Assembly: GCA_000165345.1 (NCBI GenBank)
Contig: CM000433.1
Span: 224,001-288,000, forward strand
Direction: 5' to 3'
DNA length: 64,000 bases
Shown here: in pieces, positions 51,246-61,354 of the stretch
Position numbering within the stretch: position 1 is the stretch's first letter
Layout: every line of letters begins with the position of its first letter
Translations under genes and position numbers: made by a program
Notes under the pieces: generated by a model
Databases searched by the model: none
The model's input: the letters and a program-made list of their open reading frames with translations, nothing else
Told to the model about the DNA's origin: nothing

Positions 51246-54065
51246 TCACTCATTAGATTGAGAACTATTTTTATCATTGTTTAATGAGGGCGGTGAAGAA
51301 TAACCAAATTTGACGGAGTCGGAAGTATCTTCGTTAGGAACAAACTTAGAGAATAAAGGCGCAACTTCCGTACCATTTAAGGGGGATAAAGCGAATTTGC
51401 CTTGAGAAGTGCCATTTGTGAGTATTAAGCTTGAACTAATGTATCTTTCATTATTTAAATTTGTAGTTTGATTCATTGTGTTTGAGCTTCCAGGCGCTCT
51501 ATCAAGCTGATCGGATTTATCTTTTATATAATTAGGATTAGATTCAGTTGAATTTAATGAATTGATATTGGTTCCATTGTATTGTGATTGACTTGAGTTC
51601 GAGACATTATTTATAACGTTAGCTGGTGTAGTTGTAGTTGTAGTGTACTTTTTGAAAATGTGTTGATTTTGTAATAAGTCTGTTTGCTTTTCTGACCTTT
51701 TATCTGTTGCATTATTAGATTGATTGATTCTATTTTTTGCATCAGAGTTGTTATCGTAAGTTTTATTCGTTTCCTTAGTCGCTTCAGGAGAAGTAGTATT
51801 TAATAACTTTTTTTGGGCTGGAATAATTAAATTTGAGTCATCATTTAACTGGGTGTTAGTAGGCTGTAATCTATTATTATTTTGAGATAAAAGCATTAAA
51901 GTATTTGAAAGCGAGCTGTTAATGCTAGCTGTGGTGGCGGTTGTTGTTGTAGTGGTAGTGGTAGTAGTTGTGGTAGTAGTTGTGGTAGTAGTTGTGGTAG
52001 TAGTTGTGGTAGTGGTAGTAGTAGTAGTAGTTGTTGTTGTTGTAGACGTTGTATAATATGGCTTAAAGAATTCCTTTTTTGGTAGGAAAGAAATATTGTT
52101 TAGATCTATTTGGTTAAAAAGAGATGATTTACTAGCTTTTTGAGAACTGTTTGTATTCTCTCTGAGCCTCCTATTCACAGATGCAATTTTGCCAACATTG
52201 GAAGCGTTCAAAAATAGGTTTGCTTCAGTAGTAGTAGTGGTTGTTGTGGTAGTAGTAGTTGTGGTAGTAGTAGTTGTTGTGGTAGTAGTAGTAGTAGTAG
52301 TTGTTGTTGTTGTTGTCGTAGTTGTAGTTGTTGTGGTAGTAGTTGTTGTGGTAGTAGTAGTTGTTGTGGTAGTTGTAGTAGTTGTGGTAGTTGTAGTAGT
52401 TGTGGTAGTAGTAGTTGTTGTGTAATATGGCTTAAAGAATTCCTTTTTTGGTAGGAAAGGAATATTGTTTAGATCCATTGGATTTATAAATGTTGATTTT
52501 ACAGTTTCTTGTGGGCTATTAGGACTNNNTNNNTANNNTNNNNNTTNTNNGANGCANTAGNANNANNNNNNGATANNNNNANNNNTNNNNNNAGNATNNN
52601 CNNNNNGNNGNNNTNGNNNNNGNNNNNGTANTNNNTNGNTNNNTNNNTAGNGGTGAANNGAGNANTGGTANTNGTGGTAGTAGNTGTNNTTGNGGNACGG
52701 TTGTAGNANTTNTNGTGGTGAGNNGTNNNANNTNNANNAGTAGNNNNGGTAGTANNNNNNNTTGNANNGTNTNGNANTANTAANGTTNNGNTANNGAANT
52801 ANNANTAGNTNTNNTAGTNNTAGTAGTAGTAGTAGTTGTTGTTGTTGTTGTGGTANTAGTAGGTAGTTGNTGNNGTTGTGGNAGTAGTAGTTGTNGTGGT
52901 GGTAGNAGTTGTTGNTGTTGTGGTAGTTGTAGTAGTTGTTGTGGTAGNTGTAGTAGTTGTGGTAGTAGTTGTAGTAGTAGTTGTAGTTGTGTAATATGGC
53001 TTAAATGGGATTCAAAAATTTTTCTTTCATTTGGAAAAATGGATTGTTTAAATCTATNGGAAGAAAAAAGTTTGGTTTTGCAATTTCCTGCGATGAATTT
53101 GAATTGATTTGTGAAACTTCATTGCTTGCTGTGATACCTAAACTTGGCGAGTTCAAAGCTAGACTTTCTGCAGTGGTAGTAGTTGTGGTAGTTGTTGTTG
53201 TTGTGGTGGTAGTAGTTGTGGTAGTGGTAGTTGTTGTTGTTGTGGTAGTGGTAGTNGTNGTTGTTGTGGTAGTGGTAGTTGTAGTAGTTGTTGTTGTGGT
53301 AGTAGTAGTAGTTGTTGTNGTNGTNGTTGTTGTGGTAGTGTAGTGGNTAGTTGTTGTAGTGTGGTGGGTAGTTGTGNTGGTAGTAGTAGTTGTGGTAGTG
53401 GTAGTAGTAGTTGTGGTAGTGGTAGTAGTAGTTGTAGTTGTTGTTGTGGTGGTAGTAGTAGTAGTTGTTGTTGTTGTCGTGGTTGTGGTAGTTGTAGTTG
53501 TTGTTGTGGTGGTAGTAGTAGTTGTAGTAGTTGTAGTTGTGGTTGTGGTAGTTGTAGTTGTTGTGGTAGTTGTTGTGGTAGTTGTAGTTGTAGTTGTTGT
53601 TGTGGTTGTGGTAGTAGTAGTTGTTGTGGTTGTGGTGGTAGTTGTTGTTGTGGTAGTTGTTGTCACTGGTCTAAATGGTCTAAAGAATTGTTCTTTCATT
53701 TGGAAAAATGGATGGCTTAAATCCATTGGATTAAAGAACGACGAGGACTTCACAGTCGAATCGTTTCCCAGTAACACTTTAGAACTATCCAAATTAGTGC
53801 TATTTGTATACTCAGTAGATAAAGGCATTCCGGGCAAATCGATGCCACCTATGCCAGTTAATATACCTTCAGAAGCATTTTTACTGTTTGTTACGTAGGA
53901 TTCATCTATATTACTTGGTGTGATTTGATTACCTCCTAACTCACTATTCCATGCCTCTGATTTATTTTCAGAGTATGTGATGGTATTAACTTCACATAAA
54001 GCATACTTTGAAAATTGAAGCAGAAGAAAGAAAAATAAAGTCGAAAAAACCTGTAGAAAATTCAT
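51246..54065 (-). CDS. secreted mucin-like glycoprotein with four poly-threonine tracts separated by a repeated aromatic/basic module; spans a low-quality N-containing patch and one apparent frameshift
   Basis: Signal peptide 'MNFLQVFSTLFFFLLLQFSKYALC' (ATG 54063-54065). Modules read 'DLSHPFFQMKEQFFRPFRPV-(T)n', 'IDLNNPFFQMKEKFLNPI', 'DLNNIPFLPKKEFFKPYY-(T)n' and 'IDLNNISFLPKKEFFKPYYTTS(T)n'. Ser/Asn/Thr-rich C-terminus. The track ORFs 53001..54065 and 51246..52478 are parts of one gene. Confidence 0.6.
51932..52052 (-). repeat. poly-Thr (ACN)n coding tandem repeat, tract 4
   Basis: (GTAGTAGTTGTG)n-type trinucleotide array on the plus strand. Confidence 0.8.
52228..52424 (-). repeat. poly-Thr (ACN)n coding tandem repeat, tract 3
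   Basis: GTN triplet array about 200 bp long. Confidence 0.8.
52527..52856. other. degenerate, N-interspersed consensus inside the poly-Thr region (unresolved or collapsed repeat)
   Basis: Single bases alternate with runs of n, but the GTN periodicity is still visible ('gtggtagtagntgtnnttgngg'). Confidence 0.7.
52857..52990 (-). repeat. poly-Thr (ACN)n coding tandem repeat, tract 2 (continues into the N patch)
   Basis: GTN triplet array with scattered n. Confidence 0.7.
53170..53670 (-). repeat. poly-Thr (ACN)n coding tandem repeat, tract 1 (~165 codons)
   Basis: About 500 bp of uninterrupted GTN triplets, with a few n. Confidence 0.8.
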
Positions 54066-54258
54066 TCGAATTACTAAACTTCTAATAAATAAAGAATGTA
54101 AACAGTATTATTTGTTTTTTTGGAATCTGGTGGTGTGTATGTTATAAAATTATCACATCACAAAAATAACATATTCTCGAAATAGAGTAGTTTTGACATC
54201 TTTAAAGTCAACTTAAATCGAGACCGCGCAAGATTTTTTTTTTATTTATTTATTTATT

Positions 54259-55011
54259 ATGAGGAGACTACAATCATTCAAGACACCATCAAGGTTAAAT
54301 GAAAAGTTAAAGTTCTCAAACAAGAGCAATAGCATTAACGATGCTACGATAAACAACAGCACAAAATTTGTTCCAAATATAAGTGCGTTCGATTCTAACG
54401 AAGTTTTAAATAACAGCGCTCAAACAAATGATATTTCATTAAGAAATATAAAGTTTGACGAGAAGTCTGAACTGGAAGAGGTTGAACGGACTAATAGTTT
54501 GCAAAGCTTTGATTTGCCTTCAATAAAGGCTATTAAAAGATTTGAAGCTTTAAATAAATCAGGAAAACAAATTTTAATTTACGATCAGTCCAATAATATT
54601 TCTGTTGAGCCAACAATTGACAACCGAACCGTAGGTGTCTGCAATCATATTTCTGAATCTGGGATCGAAAATGTTCACAACAAATTAGAAGGCTGGTCTG
54701 TGTTTCAATTACCCAAATATATGCCTGAAAGTAAAAAAAACTACTGCGAGATTAGCAAAAATTCTACTCCTACATTACTACACGACACTCCCTCAGGTTC
54801 TATTGGTAAGCTAATATTTAGGCAAGACGGTAATATAGATTTATATTTAAATTCAAGCAAAGACAAAGAATGTACCTCGTTCAAAATAGACTGTATATCG
54901 AAAGACAATTCAGAGCAATTTATTGCTGCATTTTCAAAAATAAATGAACTAATTAACCTCGGGAAATGTGATTCATTATTAATTGCTACCCCTAAAATAC
55001 AAAAATATTAG
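54259..55011 (+). CDS. hypothetical protein, 250 aa
   Basis: ORF with a true ATG at 54259 (MRRLQSF...). No domain recognised. Confidence 0.4.
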   Translation: MRRLQSFKTPSRLNEKLKFSNKSNSINDATINNSTKFVPNISAFDSNEVLNNSAQTNDISLRNIKFDEKSELEEVERTNSLQSFDLPSIKAIKRFEALNKSGKQILIYDQSNNISVEPTIDNRTVGVCNHISESGIENVHNKLEGWSVFQLPKYMPESKKNYCEISKNSTPTLLHDTPSGSIGKLIFRQDGNIDLYLNSSKDKECTSFKIDCISKDNSEQFIAAFSKINELINLGKCDSLLIATPKIQKY

Positions 55012-55025
55012 AGTATAGTCAGAAT

Positions 55026-57278
55026 TTAATTAATTCTAATGTTATTATCTTCGAACCATGTAATTGGGAACCACTTAGGGAATACTCGTTTATATAATGG
55101 CATTCCTACTACTTCGTTTTGCTGTATTGGTCTGCTGAATAAGCATTTCATATATCCATGCATGCCCAAAGGTTCTCTTATTATTCCTCTGATGCCGCTC
55201 CTAGTTCTCAATCCAACAGATTTGAACCACTTGACGTCTTCAGGATTGTTAAACATATTTCTTACAACAGCTTTCGATTTTCTTACTTTAAATAGGTTGC
55301 CAACTAGCACTATTCTTTTAACAATAACACGATATGGGTCTGCATCAAGGATGTCACCCCATGCGAGAGGCCAATCATTTAATGTAAAATTTCCAGGCTT
55401 GAAGTTTTTATAAGTAATTTTATTTTGAGAATTAGAGTTTATATCACGAAGTGAAAAAAGTAAAATAGGGCATGGGGGAAAAACGATTGTGCTGTAGCAT
55501 GAAATAATGTAATAATCTCCATGTAACAAGACTTTGCATTGCTTCAGTATCTGAGTCCTTTCTATTTTAGTCGCAGATGAAATACGAGGACAATTACTTA
55601 CTATGGGACATATGTAAAATCTCCTAAACCCTGCTTGTAAAACCAATGGTGTTTTATTCTTGATTAAATCATTATTCTCAGCTGTCCTTTTTATCCTAAA
55701 ATTCATAACCCCAACTTTTCTTTCAAAAGGTAAAATAGATGATAAAATTATTATTCGATTTGAAACATTCTTATCTTTTAATGCTCTTTGTGCTTCCGAA
55801 GATACAGGGGATAATTTAATCTCGCAATATTTACCTTTAAAATTTTCTTGGTTGCAATTATCAACATAGATTTTTCTGGAGATTTCTCCTGTCTTTTTAA
55901 ATGATTCGATTTCAAATATTTTGGAATATTCACTGGGAAGATTTTCAAACGGATCCCAGTTGGAAGTTCTCAGAGATTCTAATCCTCGATATTTTTTAAA
56001 ACGAGTACGGCAAATAGTTTCTATTTCAACTCTCTTTTCATCAGAAGAAATCTCATGCTCATCTTCAGATTCATCAGTCAGAATTTCGTGCATACTGTCA
56101 ATTTCTGATTCTAAATCTAAATTGTCTTCATAGTGTTCAATACCATTAGCAGATAAATTATTAGGAGTATCAATGTGCATAGACTCAGCATATTTACAGA
56201 AGTCTTCATGTGAGCTATCATCAAGAGAAATGGAATTTTCCATTCCAATGGTCCCAACAAGTTCTTTATTTAAAATTTCATTGTTTTTTAAGCCACTAGG
56301 AATAAATTTATTATGGCTGGAAGGAGGAGTAGAAGATTTATGTAGAGGATCATCTATGGGACGAATTTCGTCAATAACGAAATCGCCAATATTAGTTATA
56401 TGGACAGGAAAGTTCATGGATAATCCTACTCCACGTACAAAACCTCTAATGACGAGTTGACATTTTTCTTCATTAGAATAATTATTTACTACAATGCTAG
56501 ATGATTCCGAAAGCATGTAGCCTCTTCCTTCTCTTAAGCATATTTTTGAATAGCCCATATTAGGAATTGAAGATAACAAGTTTCGAATATCATTTTCTTT
56601 CTGTAGAGAGAAAAATTTCATATTCTTCTCAAATTCCATTTCGAATGATTTCTTAAATACTTTTTCGCAATCCAAAATCTTATTGCCGAAATTATGACTC
56701 TCATTATGGAAAAAAAGCCCTATGGTATCGGTTTGGCCTTGAAGTTTTATAGATTTTAGTAATTTATATCCAATTTCATCGAATGCTTGGAATTCATCGT
56801 TAAACCCAAATAAGGCCATGACAAAATCCGAGCATTTGATTAAGTCTAACGTATCAAAAATTTTGTTATATTCTGCAATACAAATAGATAGTTTATGCTT
56901 GCCTATGTTAAATGTGAATACACTATTTGAGTTATTTTGAAAATGAATCTCAGATTCAGAGTTTCCAGGATAATGAAGATAAATATAATTGGATAATACT
57001 TTGACAACTGAAATAGGATCGCAATAAGAGTTAAATGGAATAATTGTGCACAGTATTGGAGTTCCTAACTGACACGCCTTTTCTTCTTTCCTTAAGTTAT
57101 TAGAAATGATTTTATTTTTTCTGAGTTGATTTTTTTGATTTTCTCTATTTTTCCCAGAAAGTGGCTTTAAAAAACTTTCATTACACTTTCTAAGTCTTTG
57201 ACTTGATTTCTTGCGTATGGACGATCTACCTTTGAAAGGTTTGTTGGACTGTTTTAATATCGGTTTATGACGATGCAT
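55026..57278 (-). CDS. TSR1: ribosome biogenesis protein TSR1 (Bms1/Tsr1 family), 750 aa
   Basis: C-terminal 'VIVKRIVLVGNLFKVRKSKAVVRNMFNNPEDVKWFKSVGLRTRSGIRGIIREPLGMHGYMKCLFSRPIQQNEVVGMPLYKRVFPKW' is colinear with the Tsr1 C-domain. Basic N-terminus. Confidence 0.8.
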   Translation of the reverse strand: MHRHKPILKQSNKPFKGRSSIRKKSSQRLRKCNESFLKPLSGKNRENQKNQLRKNKIISNNLRKEEKACQLGTPILCTIIPFNSYCDPISVVKVLSNYIYLHYPGNSESEIHFQNNSNSVFTFNIGKHKLSICIAEYNKIFDTLDLIKCSDFVMALFGFNDEFQAFDEIGYKLLKSIKLQGQTDTIGLFFHNESHNFGNKILDCEKVFKKSFEMEFEKNMKFFSLQKENDIRNLLSSIPNMGYSKICLREGRGYMLSESSSIVVNNYSNEEKCQLVIRGFVRGVGLSMNFPVHITNIGDFVIDEIRPIDDPLHKSSTPPSSHNKFIPSGLKNNEILNKELVGTIGMENSISLDDSSHEDFCKYAESMHIDTPNNLSANGIEHYEDNLDLESEIDSMHEILTDESEDEHEISSDEKRVEIETICRTRFKKYRGLESLRTSNWDPFENLPSEYSKIFEIESFKKTGEISRKIYVDNCNQENFKGKYCEIKLSPVSSEAQRALKDKNVSNRIIILSSILPFERKVGVMNFRIKRTAENNDLIKNKTPLVLQAGFRRFYICPIVSNCPRISSATKIERTQILKQCKVLLHGDYYIISCYSTIVFPPCPILLFSLRDINSNSQNKITYKNFKPGNFTLNDWPLAWGDILDADPYRVIVKRIVLVGNLFKVRKSKAVVRNMFNNPEDVKWFKSVGLRTRSGIRGIIREPLGMHGYMKCLFSRPIQQNEVVGMPLYKRVFPKWFPITWFEDNNIRIN

Positions 57279-57756
57279 TTCAAAATGTCAAAAATAACCG
57301 TAATAATTGCGGCGGTACGCTAGGATAATTAAGAAGACAAAATTATAAATTTATTTCGGTAATTAAGATCCATATAAAAACGAAAAAATATTTATGGTTG
57401 TATTTTGAAATATTATTTTTATTAGTTATTATTTTAACCTATAAGCTATTTTTTAAATATTGAATACAACGCATATTTTGTTGTTATACCTCTATTTTAG
57501 AAACTTATTAGTTAATTGTAACCTACAATCTTAGAATACTCATTGATACTTTATCAAATCAAATTAATCGCTTCTTAATCTCCTTTTACATACGAGTTGG
57601 CGACGCATTAAGTTTGCGTAAGATCTTCATAAAAGTTACATAGATGATAATATTTACAATGATAATACTTATGCATGTTTCATTCGTATTATAATTTGCA
57701 ATACTGTTTAATATTGGTTTAGGTTTTATATCTGACCTCAAAATAGAAGCGATTAA

Positions 57757-60075
57757 TCATTTGGGGAAATTTATCCAGTATTCAGAATAAATGGCTTTGA
57801 AATAGAATTTAAATTCAGAGTAGTAGTCTCGTTGAAATGCTGTACGTTTACTAGTGTAGCAAAAGATTTGATTCGAGTACTTTTTTGATAGAATGATATT
57901 TCGAATAGTTTGAAAAATAGTACGAATATTTTCTGTCGCTACAATACTGTCGATGCCTATTAACTCATTTTCAAAACAGTTAATTGTAATTTTAATGGGC
58001 TCATAAAGCTCTATAATTGAATTAAGAATTTCTGCGACAGGAGGAGCGGATATTTTGCCCTCTAGGCTGGATTTAAAAAAAGATATTTCATTATTACTAA
58101 TACATCTTTTGAGAAAAATATTTAACTTTTGAATTTCAGTAATTAATGAAAACTTAATTATAATGTAAATAAGTTCGGAATTTGATAACAAATTTTCATC
58201 TTTTAAACTTTCAATAATTAGTTTGAGTAATGATTTATGCATTAAAATTCCACAGTAGAATCTGTTAAAGAATCTCAAGTTAGATCTATCTCCATTATAA
58301 GTATTTAGCGAACAGTATATTTGACTACTTAAAAAAATTAAATAATGAGTAATTTTTTCTGCAACATGCCAATGAAAATTTTTCATGTAAATTGAAATAT
58401 TTTCAATAATAGAATAAATAATGCTACATAAATAAATGTCCTTACCAAATTTGTAGTTATAAAACATTGCTCTTAGTAATACAGCAATTAAAATATTACC
58501 AATAGATATTGAATGATTTTCTGATAATTCAAACCCACTTTTTTCCTTATTACCGCTACATTTATGAATCACTTTTTTAAGAGAGTCATCCTCTAGCCAA
58601 TGTGGGAGGCTTTCAATATAAGTATAGCTCAGAACCTTGCACATATTTAAATCATTTGTTAATCTGAGAATAATAGAGAGTAGAGCAATCAGCTGGCATA
58701 AATTAGTTTCATCTATGTCTTTTGAGATAATATAAACGGGTTCCAATAAAGCAAGTATTAAGGCATCTGGGTCAGCTCTTGATAAGCAATAGGAAATAAA
58801 ATAAGAGTTTGAATGCACCAAAGAATATAGGAAAAAAACAAAAAGATTGTGTTTTACGAGAACTCCATTAAAAGTTACCGAACGATAGGCTTGCTCAAAG
58901 TATGGAAAATCTACAAAGTCAGTTTTGTTGGCATCCACATCCGAGTCTGTGTTAGAATCTGATAAAATAAGGTTATCTGGAATAAATCTTGGATCAGAAA
59001 AATGATTAATCCATTCTGAATATATATTGAATTTTAATTCTGGTGGATTAAAAAGAATAGTTGAAAGCAATATAATTGACTTTTTTTTATTTAGTTCAAA
59101 TAATTGACATTTTTTTTCAAAATTGAGCGATTTTTTAATTAAATATTGCAAAAATAGGTACCTGTTATCTTGAAACAAGTCAGAATCGTCCTCACAATAT
59201 ATTAATTTTACAGATTTTATCGATGAGTGAACTTGAAAGCATGTAATAAATGTGTAAATGTCACCATTATCTATATGTTGATGATTTTCAACATTTGGCA
59301 AGAATAATACTAGCATAATATCCATTAAAGTATTCTGAAGGCTAATTAATAGATTGCAAATCTCGCTAAGTGAATTACTTTGATCAATGTACTTTTGAGA
59401 GCATACTAGGAATGAAGGTATATTTAAAAAAATTTGTTCAAATACAGAAAGATCTTCAAATGATGCCAATAAATGCTCATTTTCTTTTAAAAACTTCGAC
59501 GACTTAGATACATATTTGATTAAGTTAAGCTTGCTACTATTGTTTCCTTCTACTTCGTTGTATTTAAACAAAATAAATTTTTCGAGTTCACTTAATTGCT
59601 CACTTGTAAAATTCGAATCATTGACAAAATTAATATACTGTGTATGTTCTGCTGATTTTATTAGTTCATCTATTCCGAAATTCTTTAAATAGTGTATAAT
59701 TATAAACTTAATTACTATACCCAAACCAATTAAGTGATTTATACTAGTTATTAGACGATCGTATTGAAATCTATTGCTTTCAATAGAAATGTATAATTCT
59801 CTCTCTTTTTCAAGTAATATTTCAATGAAAAATAGAGTTAAAGAACGAAAATTTCCACTAGTTGCATTTCTTACAAATAGTTTTGAAGAAATATGTTCAA
59901 ATATAAATTGATCTGCGAATGAATTATCTTCGATTGGAGTAATAATTAACTTTTGTAACTCATTCAAAAGAGATAAATTGGTTCTAATATTTTCTTTTTG
60001 TAAAAATGGTTCAATAAACCTTAGGCAGTTTTGTGGTAAGGAATTATCCTTATCTTTAGAAATGGATGAACCCAT
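57757..60075 (-). CDS. large hypothetical protein with N-myristoylation consensus (MGSSISK), 772 aa; possibly dymeclin-like
   Basis: MG-x3-S at the N-terminus (Gly2, Ser6). Helical and Leu/Ile-rich throughout. Any dymeclin resemblance is only architectural. Confidence 0.45.
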   Translation of the reverse strand: MGSSISKDKDNSLPQNCLRFIEPFLQKENIRTNLSLLNELQKLIITPIEDNSFADQFIFEHISSKLFVRNATSGNFRSLTLFFIEILLEKERELYISIESNRFQYDRLITSINHLIGLGIVIKFIIIHYLKNFGIDELIKSAEHTQYINFVNDSNFTSEQLSELEKFILFKYNEVEGNNSSKLNLIKYVSKSSKFLKENEHLLASFEDLSVFEQIFLNIPSFLVCSQKYIDQSNSLSEICNLLISLQNTLMDIMLVLFLPNVENHQHIDNGDIYTFITCFQVHSSIKSVKLIYCEDDSDLFQDNRYLFLQYLIKKSLNFEKKCQLFELNKKKSIILLSTILFNPPELKFNIYSEWINHFSDPRFIPDNLILSDSNTDSDVDANKTDFVDFPYFEQAYRSVTFNGVLVKHNLFVFFLYSLVHSNSYFISYCLSRADPDALILALLEPVYIISKDIDETNLCQLIALLSIILRLTNDLNMCKVLSYTYIESLPHWLEDDSLKKVIHKCSGNKEKSGFELSENHSISIGNILIAVLLRAMFYNYKFGKDIYLCSIIYSIIENISIYMKNFHWHVAEKITHYLIFLSSQIYCSLNTYNGDRSNLRFFNRFYCGILMHKSLLKLIIESLKDENLLSNSELIYIIIKFSLITEIQKLNIFLKRCISNNEISFFKSSLEGKISAPPVAEILNSIIELYEPIKITINCFENELIGIDSIVATENIRTIFQTIRNIILSKKYSNQIFCYTSKRTAFQRDYYSEFKFYFKAIYSEYWINFPK

Positions 60076-60225
60076 ATTTTACTAAAATGAATCTTGCGGC
60101 AATAATTATTACACATTCACACATGAATTAAACTAGAAATAAATTACAAAATTAGGCAATGAAAGCTGTCATTAATTCAATAATAATACTAAGCTATACT
60201 ATACTATATTCCAATAGTAGAAATT

Positions 60226-61122
60226 TTATTTACTCTTCGATATTTTTTTGTTTATTTTTGAAAGCTCACAAAAAGATTTTAATTGTTCATTGTTGTCCGC
60301 AAATCTAATTTCAGAAAAGTGCGTATAGTTAGGGTATTCAATTATTTCATATAGTTCTTCGTTAAAATTAGGCCTTATTATATTTCTTAAAGGTAGAAAC
60401 CACAAGTACTTGCTTTCACCGAATATCATTTTAAAGTTGTTGAAAAGTTTTATTTTCTTACCACGTTTATTTGTCATTGATTCTACGAGAGTGGAATTTG
60501 AAGAAATATAATCTATTTGATCAAATAAAAATATTACCGTAGTTAAAAAAATTATGATATGAATTATCAAATTAATGATTAAAGCTTGTCTCATTTCCTT
60601 GATTCCATTCTCTAAAGAAAATATAATTAACTTAGTTAAGAGGAAGAACGACGAGACTATAGTTAAAGAAGACGAGCAAGCCAAATAAAATAAAAAAAGA
60701 ATATAAATTTTTTGATTAGAATATCCAATGCAATTGTTTATAAGCATGCAATGATGGTCCATTTTGAAAATGCAAATATTACACGTTGTACAATGATGCG
60801 CTCTCGGGGGTTTCCATTTTCTTCCTGAGCATTTATTACAGTATCTAATTGTAGACTTAAACTCTCTCGGAGGATTATTGTCGCATTTTAGTGATTCCAA
60901 AGAGCCTGGGTCCTTAATAATAAGTATAGCAAAGGAATAAATGGTCAAGAGGGTCAAGATAGTATACCAAGTTAGTATTCCGCTCCAAAGGTAATAAAGT
61001 AAACTTGATTGATAAACTTTGAGACAAGCTATAAAGTTAAAAATTGTGTAGCAATTAATTAAAACTAATGTAATAAATATAAATAGTGAAGGAGATTGTT
61101 TAAGGATTGATTTAACGAGCAT
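60226..61122 (-). CDS. DHHC-type protein S-palmitoyltransferase, 298 aa, 4 TM
   Basis: 'CNKCSGRKWKPPRAHHCTTCNICIFKMDHHCMLINNCIGYSN' is a canonical DHHC-CRD, flanked by TM helices. Confidence 0.85.
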   Translation of the reverse strand: MLVKSILKQSPSLFIFITLVLINCYTIFNFIACLKVYQSSLLYYLWSGILTWYTILTLLTIYSFAILIIKDPGSLESLKCDNNPPREFKSTIRYCNKCSGRKWKPPRAHHCTTCNICIFKMDHHCMLINNCIGYSNQKIYILFLFYLACSSSLTIVSSFFLLTKLIIFSLENGIKEMRQALIINLIIHIIIFLTTVIFLFDQIDYISSNSTLVESMTNKRGKKIKLFNNFKMIFGESKYLWFLPLRNIIRPNFNEELYEIIEYPNYTHFSEIRFADNNEQLKSFCELSKINKKISKSK

Positions 61123-61354
61123 TTGATTTATTCTGTATAAATATCAATGAATTGATTAATAAAACATAATATTTATCTAATGTAGTTCTGGTAGGTAATG
61201 ATTATATTAAATATTATATTTATAAACAATAATCCTTATAGTCTGCTGTATATTTACTATTTAGTGGCTTTGTTCGCATGGTTTACATTCTAATGATCAT
61301 CTTTTTAGTTATGGCGCATAAAAAAAAAAAAGAATTATTTTTATTAGTACATAA

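Noticed and set aside
52527-52856. N-rich patch treated as a possible biological feature such as a low-complexity island.
   Set aside because: It is an assembly or consensus artefact inside a trinucleotide repeat. It is reported as such rather than as biology.
52189-53898. poly-Val, poly-Cys/Ser/Gly and poly-Thr ORFs on the plus strand (52189..52425, 53005..53343, 53343..53720, 53359..53898).
   Set aside because: They are alternative-frame or antisense readings of the (ACN)n poly-Thr coding repeat of the minus-strand mucin gene. They are not independent genes.
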